From assembly GCA_951812955.1 (NCBI GenBank), contig OX638340.1, positions 2,912,001 through 2,976,000 of the forward strand: a DNA stretch of 64,000 nt. Direction: 5' to 3'. Source of the DNA: an uncultured Gemmatimonadota bacterium. Its GTDB lineage: Bacteria > JAAXHH01. A model generated the notes under the pieces. It had not been told where the DNA came from, did not search any database, and saw only the letters and a list, made by a program, of their open reading frames with translations. Both the position numbers and the translations under genes were made by a program. This document shows, one piece after another, positions 20,052 to 28,796 of this stretch (positions are counted from its first letter, which is position 1; every line of letters begins with the position of its first letter).

Positions 20052-21140
20052 ATGAAGGTCAAGGTTGGATTCCTGGGCGTTACCCATCCCCACTCCGGCC
20101 CCCATTTTCGCACCCTGGAGTTGTTGGACGGCGTGTCGGGAATCGTGGCATGGGACGAGGACGAAAATGCCCTGGGTACGTTGAAAAGCGAGGATCATGC
20201 CAAGCTGGAATCCACGGCGGCCACGTTCGATCAGATTATGGAACGGGAAGACATCCCCGTCGTCGTCTCGCTGGCGGCGAACGACCGTAATCCCGACTGG
20301 ATAATCCGGGCGGCAAGGGCGGGAAAGCACATACTTACCGAGAAACCGGTGGCGGCGAGCAGCCGTGACATGGCGCCAGCGCTCGATGCGGTGCGCAGCG
20401 CCGGCGTACACCTGGGGGTATACTACACCTGGCGGTCCAATCCCATTGTAAACGATATCCGTACGTTGATCGATGAGGGCGTTATTGGAAAGCTGATATC
20501 GGTCGAAGGGCGGATGGTCACTTCCCAGGTCCGATTCCGCGATCCCTCGCACTGGCTTTTCAAAAAAGGGATTTCGGGCGGCGGCATCCTGAGCTGGCTG
20601 GCCTGTCACTGGATCGACGCGATCCGGTACATTACCCGGAACGAAGTAGCGGCAGTCTCCGCCATGGTCGATACATTGAACGGACAGGCCATCGACGTCG
20701 AGGACACGGCCGGGATGATTATGCGTCTGGAAGGCGGCGCGATTGCCACGCTTCACGCGGGGTACCTCCTGCCGATCAGCACAGCCGGATACCTGTCCGG
20801 CAGCTACGACACCTACCTGAGTTTCAGGGGTCTCGAGGGCAATGTAACCTGGTATCCCACAGAGGAGGATCGACCGGTCGTCGTCGAGAGTACTTCGGGT
20901 GCCTGGAAAACGACCCCCCGCCGGGAGTTCAAGTACGTCATCGCGGAGACGGGCGCATACGGCGGCCAGTACGGACAGGATTTTGTCGACCGGTTCATCT
21001 CATCGGCCACTGGGGGAGATCCCCCGTCCGATGATGGGGAGAACGCCCTGCGCGTACTGCGGATCATAGAAGCCGCTTACCGGTCCAGCGAAACAGGACG
21101 CATGGTTTCCCTGGACCAGGACCGGTCCGGGGAGGATTAA
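20052..21140 (+). CDS. Gfo/Idh/MocA-family oxidoreductase
   Basis: MKVKVGFLGVTHPH N-terminus and EKPVA motif. Confidence 0.7.
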   Translation: MKVKVGFLGVTHPHSGPHFRTLELLDGVSGIVAWDEDENALGTLKSEDHAKLESTAATFDQIMEREDIPVVVSLAANDRNPDWIIRAARAGKHILTEKPVAASSRDMAPALDAVRSAGVHLGVYYTWRSNPIVNDIRTLIDEGVIGKLISVEGRMVTSQVRFRDPSHWLFKKGISGGGILSWLACHWIDAIRYITRNEVAAVSAMVDTLNGQAIDVEDTAGMIMRLEGGAIATLHAGYLLPISTAGYLSGSYDTYLSFRGLEGNVTWYPTEEDRPVVVESTSGAWKTTPRREFKYVIAETGAYGGQYGQDFVDRFISSATGGDPPSDDGENALRVLRIIEAAYRSSETGRMVSLDQDRSGED

Positions 21141-21146
21141 GCGCCC

Positions 21147-21974
21147 ATGGATTCAATGAGTGGCAAGATCGTGGTGGTTACCGGCGCATCGACCGGTATC
21201 GGGCAGGCGGCGGCCGAGGCCTTTGCCCGCGATGGCGCAACGGTCGTCCTTGCGGCCCGTTCCGAAGGGAGGCTGGTCCGGATCGCCGCGGATATAGAGA
21301 ATGCGGGTGGGCGGGCGGTTCCCATGGCCGTGGACGTCACGGATCGGACCGCCGTGTTCGAAAAGATGAAAGAGGTCGCGGAAACCCTCGGAAGTATAGA
21401 CGTGCTGGTCAATAATGCGGGAATCGGCCTGCTGAGCCCGGTGGAGGGTATGGATCCGGAGGAACTGAAACGAATCTTCGAGGTGAATTTCTTCGGCCTG
21501 ATCTGGTGCACGCAGGCGGCGCTGCCCTACATGATCAGGCAGAAACGCGGCAGGATCGTCAACATCTCATCCGTCGCGGGCAAGCGGGCGCTGCCCCACA
21601 TATCTGCCTACTGTGCCAGTAAATTCGCCCTGCAGGCTTTCTCGGACAGCCTGCGCATGGAAACGGCCGAACATGGGATCACCGTTACGGTCGTGTGCCC
21701 GCCCCGGGTCGACACGACCTTCCACGACACGCCCCTGATGAGACAGAAGGGACAGCGGATGAGCGCTCCCTCGATCTCCGCCGAATATGTGGCGGCGGAG
21801 ATTGTACGTGCTACCCGCAAAGGAAGCCGGGAAGTCGTGGTATCCTTCTACGGCAAGTTCTTCGTATTCTTCCACTGGCTTTCGCCCCGCCTGCTGGACT
21901 TCATCATGAAACGTCTCTGGATGCGGCTTGCCATGAAAAAGACCAAAAAGGCGGGTACGGAAGACCAGGGATGA
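21147..21974 (+). CDS. Short-chain dehydrogenase/reductase (SDR)
   Basis: VVVTGASTGIGQAAA TGxxxGIG motif, NNAG, YCASKFAL YxxxK catalytic motif. Confidence 0.75.
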   Translation: MDSMSGKIVVVTGASTGIGQAAAEAFARDGATVVLAARSEGRLVRIAADIENAGGRAVPMAVDVTDRTAVFEKMKEVAETLGSIDVLVNNAGIGLLSPVEGMDPEELKRIFEVNFFGLIWCTQAALPYMIRQKRGRIVNISSVAGKRALPHISAYCASKFALQAFSDSLRMETAEHGITVTVVCPPRVDTTFHDTPLMRQKGQRMSAPSISAEYVAAEIVRATRKGSREVVVSFYGKFFVFFHWLSPRLLDFIMKRLWMRLAMKKTKKAGTEDQG

Positions 21975-21986
21975 AGCCTGTTCCGG

Positions 21987-23408
21987 CTACCCGTTCACCG
22001 ATTTTGATATCTCCGCGACTGCGCCGAGGATCTTGTCCACCTCGGCCGCCGTGACCATGATATGCATCGAGGCGCGGTTGGCGTCCCAGTTTACCGCCAT
22101 GTGGGTCACGCTGCGGATGTAGATATTGTAATCTTCCCACAGTTTCGTATTCAGGTCCCGCGTGGGCACGCCCTTGATCCGGAAGGGAACCAGTCCCGCG
22201 TGCAGCCTCGGATCCTCGGAAGCGAATACCTCGACCCCGTCGATATTGCGGAGCCCGTTGGCCAGTTTGGTGGCCAGGTAGCGGATACGGGCCTCGATCC
22301 CCTCGGGGGTCAGGTGGTTGTGGAAGTCGAGCGCCGCGTTTACGGACACCCATTTCGGATAGCTGCTCGAACCCCGGCGTGTATACTTGCCCGCCGAAGC
22401 CATCCGCTCGAGAAAGCGCTCGTTCGTGGAGAGATCATTTCCGTACATGTCCTTGCCTGCGTAAGGCGTGGTCGAGATGACCGGCTCGATCCGGTCGAAC
22501 ATGTCCTCTTTAACGTAGAAGAAGCCGGACTGCATGGAGGCCAGCATCCACTTGTGCGACGGACCGGCGTACATGTCGCATCCCAGGTCGTGCATGTCGA
22601 GCTTGACCATGCCCGGCGGCTGCGCGCCGTCGACCAGCGTGATGACTCCCCTGGACCTGGCCATCTCGCAGATCTCCTTGACCGGCATGAACAACCCGTC
22701 CGTGTAATTCGTGTGGCAGAAGCTGAGCAATTTGGTCTTCGGCGTGATCGCGGCTTCGAAGGCCTTCAGAAGCTCGTCCGGAGAGTCCGGCGGATGAAGC
22801 TTCGGGTCCGACAGGTCGATGATCCCAACGTTCAGCTTGTCCCGGTGCGCGCGATTCAGCACGGGATTGGTTCCCGCGCCATGGTCGTGGTTGGTGTAGA
22901 GAATCTCGTCGCCGGGTTCGAGGACGGGGCCGAAAGTACCCGTGATCATTCCGTCCGTCGTGTTGTTCGCCAGGGCGAGTTCGTTGGGATTGCATCCAAC
23001 GTAATTTGCGAACTTGGCATAGAATGCGTCGGCGAATTCCTCGGTATAGAAATCCCTTCTGAAACTCACGTAATCATTGTTTATGCGGTTCAGCGCGTCG
23101 ATCTGCGCCATGTGTACGCTGCGTGGAGATGGTCCCCGGGTCCCGGTGTTCATGTACGCGATATCGGGGCGGATCAGGAACTGCTTGGTCACCAGTTTCC
23201 AGAATTTCTCGTCATCCGGTGCGGCGGCAGCGCCCATGTCGTTCATGGCTTCCGCGCCATGGGCCGGTTTCGTACCCAGCGAAAGAAGGGCGGAACCTGC
23301 CAGCGCACCGCCGAGAAAGCGTCCCAGAAAACCTCTGCGGCTTAGTGCCGCCAGTTCCTTGGGATTTTCGAATCTTGGATCGAAGTTGAAATCGGGCGAG
23401 GAGTACAT
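21987..23408 (-). CDS. Tat-exported class V aminotransferase-fold PLP enzyme (cysteine desulfurase/isopenicillin-N-epimerase-like)
   Basis: Twin-arginine signal SRRGFLGRFLGGALAGSALL...AHGAEA. Fold-type I/class V body with SHKWM-type PLP-Lys region (GPSHKWMLA). The upstream track start at 23459 is probably too long. Confidence 0.6.
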   Translation of the reverse strand: MYSSPDFNFDPRFENPKELAALSRRGFLGRFLGGALAGSALLSLGTKPAHGAEAMNDMGAAAAPDDEKFWKLVTKQFLIRPDIAYMNTGTRGPSPRSVHMAQIDALNRINNDYVSFRRDFYTEEFADAFYAKFANYVGCNPNELALANNTTDGMITGTFGPVLEPGDEILYTNHDHGAGTNPVLNRAHRDKLNVGIIDLSDPKLHPPDSPDELLKAFEAAITPKTKLLSFCHTNYTDGLFMPVKEICEMARSRGVITLVDGAQPPGMVKLDMHDLGCDMYAGPSHKWMLASMQSGFFYVKEDMFDRIEPVISTTPYAGKDMYGNDLSTNERFLERMASAGKYTRRGSSSYPKWVSVNAALDFHNHLTPEGIEARIRYLATKLANGLRNIDGVEVFASEDPRLHAGLVPFRIKGVPTRDLNTKLWEDYNIYIRSVTHMAVNWDANRASMHIMVTAAEVDKILGAVAEISKSVNG

Positions 23409-23578
23409 GGGAGTACCTCCGGTTCGGCAGCCTGTCACCGGGCAAGTGTACCACGGCACAGGTCGTGTGACCGCATCCGGTCGAAGTGGCTGTGATGCGA
23501 TGGGGAATGGTTACTTGAAAATATGTGCCATTGGGCGATTCGGGTCAACCTGTATTTAGCCAGAAGCCCAAGAATTCA

Positions 23579-23606
23579 CTTGACAAACCACCCCTTTTCC
23601 GTATAT
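23579..23606 (+). promoter_or_regulatory. Sigma70-like promoter of cspA (TTGACA-16-TATATT) followed by about 145-nt 5'UTR
   Basis: TTGACA at 23579-23584 and TATATT at 23601-23606. Long leaders are typical of cold-shock genes. Confidence 0.5.
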
Positions 23607-23754
23607 TTGCCACGAAGGTCCATATCTCTTCAATCTCTCCCCGACAATCCATGCGCAACCGCGAACCAGAGTATCTCGCCGACTTTGTCGGTGCCGTGTA
23701 TTCATTTGGATCGTCAGGGAAACCATTTCTTCCTAGAAGGGTAGGAGTGTCAGT

Positions 23755-23961
23755 ATGGAACGCGGCACGGTAAAGTGGTTTAACGAACGCAAGGGGTTCG
23801 GATTCATCGCGCGCGACGACGGAGACGACGTGTTCGTCCACTACTCGGCGATTGTCGCTCAGGGATTCAAGACGCTGAACGAAGGCGATGAAGTCACCTT
23901 CGAGATCACGGAAGGTCCCAAGGGACTCCAGGCCGCAAATGTAACCAAGGTGTCCAGTTAG
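23755..23961 (+). CDS. cspA: Cold-shock protein, CspA family
   Basis: [33 protein letters not shown] with RNP1/RNP2 motifs. 68 aa. AGGAG RBS. Confidence 0.9.
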   Translation: MERGTVKWFNERKGFGFIARDDGDDVFVHYSAIVAQGFKTLNEGDEVTFEITEGPKGLQAANVTKVSS

Positions 23962-23994
23962 AGGACACCTTCCATAGTGCAGAACAGATCAGAT

Positions 23995-24037
23995 AGCCCG
24001 TGGGCCGATTGACACCGTCTCACGGGCTATTTTGTTT
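23995..24037 (+). terminator. Rho-independent terminator of cspA
   Basis: agcccgtg...cacgggct stem followed by attttgttt. Confidence 0.6.
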
Positions 24038-24129
24038 CAAATACCGCAACCGCGACTGCAGACATCAGCATCCCGTCCGCGGCAGGCATCAGGAGCCGCC
24101 CGAATGTCGGGTGATAAGGAGTTCATCAA

Positions 24130-25032
24130 ATGCCCGGCGAAATCACGCCCTTACCGTTGACCGGTTTCTCTACGTCCTGCTTCGAGTTCCACTTCCCCCG
24201 CCTCAGCATTGGCATTGCCGAATACGACGAAGGCCCAACGGGATGTACGGTATTCATTTTCGACCAGGGCGCCGTCACCGCCGTCGACATACGGGGAGGC
24301 ATGCCCGGTGTCGTCGAATCTGAGTACCGGTTCCACCACGCCATTTGTTTCGCTGGCGGGTCGTTGCACGGACTTGAAGCTGTTTCCGGTGTGCGGTCCG
24401 TCCTGACCGCCAAAGAAACCCCCAGTAATCCACCACCGCTGCCCCTGGTCGCTGGCGCGATCATTTTCGACTGGTTTAAACGAAAGGGCTTCATCTACCC
24501 GGACAAGGCGCTCGGCGCGGCCGCTGCGGAAGCGGCGTCCAAGGGTCGTTTCTACAATGGCCGTCGCGGCGCGGGACGCTGGGCGGGCGTGGGGCAGGGC
24601 GGCGCATACAGGGAGATCGGACCGACGAAGATTGCCGTTTTCACCGTGGTGAACGCTCTGGGCGATATCGTCGACCGAGATGGCCGGGTGCGTACACGGG
24701 ATCACATCCATCCCTGTGAAAAACTCGAGGCCCGTCTCGCCAGGGGAGGGAGGTCATCAGCCGACCAGGTGGGACAACACACTACCCTGACGCTCGTCGT
24801 GACCAACCAGAAATGGGATCACGGCGAACTGAGCCAGATCGGAAGACAGGTTCACGCCTCCATGGCCCGCGCGATCCAACCCTTCCACACGATGCGGGAC
24901 GGGGACGTACTCTTTACGGCTACGACCGGCGAAGTGGAGAACAAGCGACTCAAGAGCTCGATGGACTTCGGGATGATCGCCTCGGAACTGGCGTGGGATG
25001 CCGTGCTAAACAGCCTGGGGGAAGAGGACTGA
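24130..25032 (+). CDS. P1/S58-family peptidase (DmpA/L-aminopeptidase D-Ala-esterase-like)
   Basis: GCTVFIF and TTLTLVVTN motifs and overall 300-aa Ntn-hydrolase-like pattern. Family call is moderate. Confidence 0.5.
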   Translation: MPGEITPLPLTGFSTSCFEFHFPRLSIGIAEYDEGPTGCTVFIFDQGAVTAVDIRGGMPGVVESEYRFHHAICFAGGSLHGLEAVSGVRSVLTAKETPSNPPPLPLVAGAIIFDWFKRKGFIYPDKALGAAAAEAASKGRFYNGRRGAGRWAGVGQGGAYREIGPTKIAVFTVVNALGDIVDRDGRVRTRDHIHPCEKLEARLARGGRSSADQVGQHTTLTLVVTNQKWDHGELSQIGRQVHASMARAIQPFHTMRDGDVLFTATTGEVENKRLKSSMDFGMIASELAWDAVLNSLGEED

Positions 25033-25072
25033 AGGGACGAGGGCGCCGGGATTGAAGATCAGGTCAAGCCGC

Positions 25073-25163
25073 TTTGGAGCGGACGCCGCTGGCACGGATC
25101 GAATCGGAGCGGACGCCGTTGACAAGGCTCCAATCGGGGCGACCGCCGCTGACAAGGCTCGAA
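25073..25163. repeat. Three contiguous imperfect 30-bp tandem repeats in a convergent intergenic region
   Basis: ggagcggacgccgctggcacggatcgaatc / ggagcggacgccgttgacaaggctccaatc / ggggcgaccgccgctgacaaggctcgaaat. Confidence 0.7.
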
Positions 25164-25179
25164 ATTGACAACGCCTGGA

Positions 25180-27717
25180 TTACCGCGCGAGGTTTTCGTA
25201 GACCGCTTGCGCTTCACGGAACTGGCCGATCACGTGGTCTATCTCTTCCTGTGAGCGCCAGCCCGGGTGCGCTTCGGCCATTTCGATGAGCCGGTCGATC
25301 CACCGGACGAAATACCCGGCGGATTCCCGGTTGCGGATCGGATCATCTCCCACGTAGATCCGTATGGGTTGTGTCGTGGCCAGCGGAAAACGGTCGTCGA
25401 TGGGGTGGGTCCAGGGGGCACCTTCTGCCTGGAAGGTGTACCATCCGCTCTCACGAACCGTCCACTCTTCCTCGAAGACCGCACGCTTTCCGTCTTCGGC
25501 CAGGGGTATTTCCTTCACAATCTGCCCATTCCTGTAGACCAATACCTTCTCGAGCGGGACGATGCTGTGCATTTCGCCGGCGAGCGAGATCGCACCGCCC
25601 TCTTCAGGTAGATGGATGGTCTCGCCGGGTCCCATGCCGTTGATGGTAAACCCCAGGAGCGGTCCGTTGGTGGCAAAAGTCCGACCGGCCTTCAGTCCCG
25701 CCAGCCAGGCGTCCCAGGACAGGGATTCGTCGCCCAGGTGGACATAGGACCGGACCTGTCCCACGATTGCGGTCCGGTACATGCTGCTGATCGAATCCTC
25801 ACCGCCGGTCAGGACGATGTTGAAGTCGTTGTTGAGCAAATGGTGCCATACGCTGAGGACGGCATGGCCGGCCCCGGAGATCTCGAGTGCTTCCACGGTT
25901 CCCAGTGCCGCGTCGACGGGAAAAGCCTTGGCGCCGCCCAGCGTCGGGTTGTCTCCCCCCAGCGGATCCGCATCGCCGAAAAAGGGATGGACGTATCCGC
26001 GGAAGGCGCCCTGTTCTCCGGCCAGCCGCAACATGTCCGTGTTCGATGGGTAGAGGCTGTGTATTGCGGTTCCCTCGTAGCCGGACGCAAAGGGCGACAG
26101 CAGAAAGTCCGAAAGGTCGATGAAGTAGACGTGACCGTGAAAGGCCGGCCGGTATTCCTCGCCCACGTGCAGGATGCGGTCCGGCGTGGACAGGGCGTCC
26201 GGCCTGCCCGTGAAAAACTGGTAGTCCAGCACGCGGTTGTCCTTGTTTGCCACGAGTTCGTTGACCACGGCCTGATCTTCCGCGTCCGACATGTGCATCA
26301 GGTTCTCCAGGGTGTTATGCAGGTCGCCTGCGTAGTTCATATGCACGTGGGTGCTGCCGCTGTACCAGCCCCTGGAGGGCATGTCCACCATGCGTGAGAG
26401 CGTAAGGGCAACAGCGGTGGTCTTGCCTTCCTCGATCTCTACTGTAGTGCTCACGGGATGATATTCAAAGCCCCGCATGGCTTCCACCGTCAAGGGTCCG
26501 GACGGAACATCGAGGACGAACGAACCGGCACCATGAAAGAAATGCTCGCGGAGACGGCCGACGCGGTGGTAGGCGCCCTCCGGGGCATAGGATTTCCCGT
26601 CTTCGGCTTTTACATAGACACGGGCCGCGGTCGGCTTTCCCGTTTCACCGTCCAGCACGGTGACCGCAGCGCGACCGTGGGAACCGCGCCAGCGCTTTTC
26701 GTTGATCTTGACGTCAGTCAGTCTGCCTCCGACGGTTTCCATGACTCGCATCACGGGCAAACCGGGTTGATTTGAGATAAAGGCGATTTTGGAACCGTCC
26801 GGCGACCAGCGGGGGTAGAAGTCGTCCCATTCGCCGAAGGTGATTTTATATGGGTGCCCCCCGTCTGCCGGCAGGAGGTAGAGTTTCGTGTACTGGCCGC
26901 CGCTGTGGGAGGCATAGACAAAGCGTGAGCCGTCCGGAGACCAGTGCGGACGCGTCCGGTACAGGGTCTGTTCTTCGTGGACGATCCAAGCTTTGTCGAT
27001 ACCGTCCGGTTCGACCGGCATGCGCCATACGGCACCCGATCCAAGTGGGATGCCCCGGTTGCTGACGAACATGAGTTCCTTGCCGTCGGGCGACCAGTGC
27101 GGTTCGATGTGCAGGTCGTACGCGCCGAAATACAGGCGGCGCTTACCGTAGTCATTGTCCCGCGTCAGCTGAATCGGATCTCCGGAGGCGAGGCCGTCTT
27201 TCATGTCCTGAACGAAGATGTTGAAATAGCCGCCGGGTTCCGTGGACACGTAGGCCAGCCTGGAGCCATCGGGCGACCACGCAGGGTCGAGATACAGGTG
27301 GTCTCCGGTAGTCAGCGGCGTGGATGCTCCCGTTTCCACGTCCAGGACCATGAGATCGATCGTCCTGTTGTCGGTTTCAGCCGTGTATACGATCCACCTG
27401 CCGTTGGGCGACCAGGCCGGCGAGGAATCGTAGGTTTCGTTATCGGTAAGTTCGTATGCGATGTTTTCGCCCAGCCCGATACGCCATATGGAACCGTGCA
27501 GGCCAAAGGCCAGTTCGTTTCCTTCGGGCGACCACGCCGGCCGCCGGGGCGTAGTCGTCGAGGGCGGCGGCAGGTAGAAGTTGTGCATGTAGTTGCCGCC
27601 GGTCAGGGCGGCCTGGTACGCCGTGGGAGGGGGTTGCTGGGACACCGAGCGATCTGTCGCCGCCAGGCAGCAGAAGGCCAGCACCAGTCGCAGGGAACCG
27701 GGTAGTCTCGTCATCAT
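25180..27717 (-). CDS. Secreted TolB-like (PD40) beta-propeller protein fused to CehA/McbA-type (PHP-like) metal-dependent hydrolase domain
   Basis: Signal peptide. Repeated WSPDG/WSPNG PD40 motifs in the N-terminal 400 aa. C-terminal GSTHVHMNYAGD...HPFFGD metal-binding His clusters. Confidence 0.55.
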   Translation of the reverse strand: MMTRLPGSLRLVLAFCCLAATDRSVSQQPPPTAYQAALTGGNYMHNFYLPPPSTTTPRRPAWSPEGNELAFGLHGSIWRIGLGENIAYELTDNETYDSSPAWSPNGRWIVYTAETDNRTIDLMVLDVETGASTPLTTGDHLYLDPAWSPDGSRLAYVSTEPGGYFNIFVQDMKDGLASGDPIQLTRDNDYGKRRLYFGAYDLHIEPHWSPDGKELMFVSNRGIPLGSGAVWRMPVEPDGIDKAWIVHEEQTLYRTRPHWSPDGSRFVYASHSGGQYTKLYLLPADGGHPYKITFGEWDDFYPRWSPDGSKIAFISNQPGLPVMRVMETVGGRLTDVKINEKRWRGSHGRAAVTVLDGETGKPTAARVYVKAEDGKSYAPEGAYHRVGRLREHFFHGAGSFVLDVPSGPLTVEAMRGFEYHPVSTTVEIEEGKTTAVALTLSRMVDMPSRGWYSGSTHVHMNYAGDLHNTLENLMHMSDAEDQAVVNELVANKDNRVLDYQFFTGRPDALSTPDRILHVGEEYRPAFHGHVYFIDLSDFLLSPFASGYEGTAIHSLYPSNTDMLRLAGEQGAFRGYVHPFFGDADPLGGDNPTLGGAKAFPVDAALGTVEALEISGAGHAVLSVWHHLLNNDFNIVLTGGEDSISSMYRTAIVGQVRSYVHLGDESLSWDAWLAGLKAGRTFATNGPLLGFTINGMGPGETIHLPEEGGAISLAGEMHSIVPLEKVLVYRNGQIVKEIPLAEDGKRAVFEEEWTVRESGWYTFQAEGAPWTHPIDDRFPLATTQPIRIYVGDDPIRNRESAGYFVRWIDRLIEMAEAHPGWRSQEEIDHVIGQFREAQAVYENLAR

Positions 27718-27854
27718 GTCACTCCGCGGTTATGTAGATGGCTTTCCATTCAAGTCCGCTCTTATGGGATGGGCAGCGAACGGTGGAATATTGAGGCTTT
27801 CGTACGCGAACCGCGTATCCATGTTGGACTTGCGGGTGGGACCTACGCCACGAA

Positions 27855-28664
27855 TCAGTTCCGTTCCAACGCTTTTTCGACTTCGGAATCCCAGGTGCCG
27901 TCCACGCGTATCCCATATTCGGCTACGCCCCCAGTGGCCCGTGGTCCGGTGATATAGGGCCGGTAGTCGCGGCCGTCCTCAATGAGGCGGTCCGGCGCGT
28001 AGTCCGCGCGGAGGAAGTGGAAGGCGATGCCGGCCCGGGCCTTATTCGTACTGTTATGACCCGTGCAGTGCGCGGTGCCATAGCAGAAGAACAGCGCGCC
28101 GCCTGCCTTCAGCTCGATGATATCCGCTTGTTCCTCCGGCGGGTAGCAGCGTATGTGGTGGTCGCTGTACTGGTCCCGGCTATGCTCGTAGGCTGTCCGG
28201 TAGCTGTCCGGGATCACCTGCATGGTGCCGTTTTCGACGTTCGCGTCGTGCACGGCAATCCAGACGGCCGTTCCCATAAGGGGATCGCTGATCTTGAAAT
28301 AGGCGTTGTCCTGGTGCCAGTGGGTGCCCATGCCGTCTCCGCCCGGTTTGAGGAAGACCTGGTCCAGTTGGAGAATATAGGGGTCTCCGATCAACTGGGA
28401 GATGGCGGCGATCACGTCGGGCTGGAACGGAAGGGCCCTGAACAGGTCGCTGTGGCTGAACATAGGGCACAACTGCAGGTTGCGCCGCGTCGTGGACTTC
28501 GTCTCTCCATCGCCCTCCGTGGCCACGTTGCGCAAGGCGCCTTCTTCCATGAGACGATCGATTTCGGCCTGAAGCGCCCGGGTATCCTCGTCGGAGAAGA
28601 ACCCGGGTTTAGCCACGTAGCCATGAGATTTGAAATGGTCGACTTCTTCCTTTGTCAATACCAT
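27855..28664 (-). CDS. Phytanoyl-CoA dioxygenase (PhyH)-family Fe(II)/2-oxoglutarate oxygenase
   Basis: MVLTKEEVDHFKSHGYV N-terminus, HWHQDNAYF HxD motif, C-terminal His. Confidence 0.65.
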   Translation of the reverse strand: MVLTKEEVDHFKSHGYVAKPGFFSDEDTRALQAEIDRLMEEGALRNVATEGDGETKSTTRRNLQLCPMFSHSDLFRALPFQPDVIAAISQLIGDPYILQLDQVFLKPGGDGMGTHWHQDNAYFKISDPLMGTAVWIAVHDANVENGTMQVIPDSYRTAYEHSRDQYSDHHIRCYPPEEQADIIELKAGGALFFCYGTAHCTGHNSTNKARAGIAFHFLRADYAPDRLIEDGRDYRPYITGPRATGGVAEYGIRVDGTWDSEVEKALERN

Positions 28665-28796
28665 CGTCCTTCGTCCTTTGCCCGGTCCGGCCGGCCGGAA
28701 TGCCCAGGTTCATCCTGCACAAGGTCCGGCGTGGACCTGTTCATGCGCAGAGCCAGCCCATGGTGTCGGCGCCCGGCTCAACACGGTGCCGTCGTG

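Noticed and set aside
25073-25163. Possible CRISPR array
   Set aside because: There are only three copies and the repeats are contiguous without unique spacers. The copies are imperfect and no cas genes are present.
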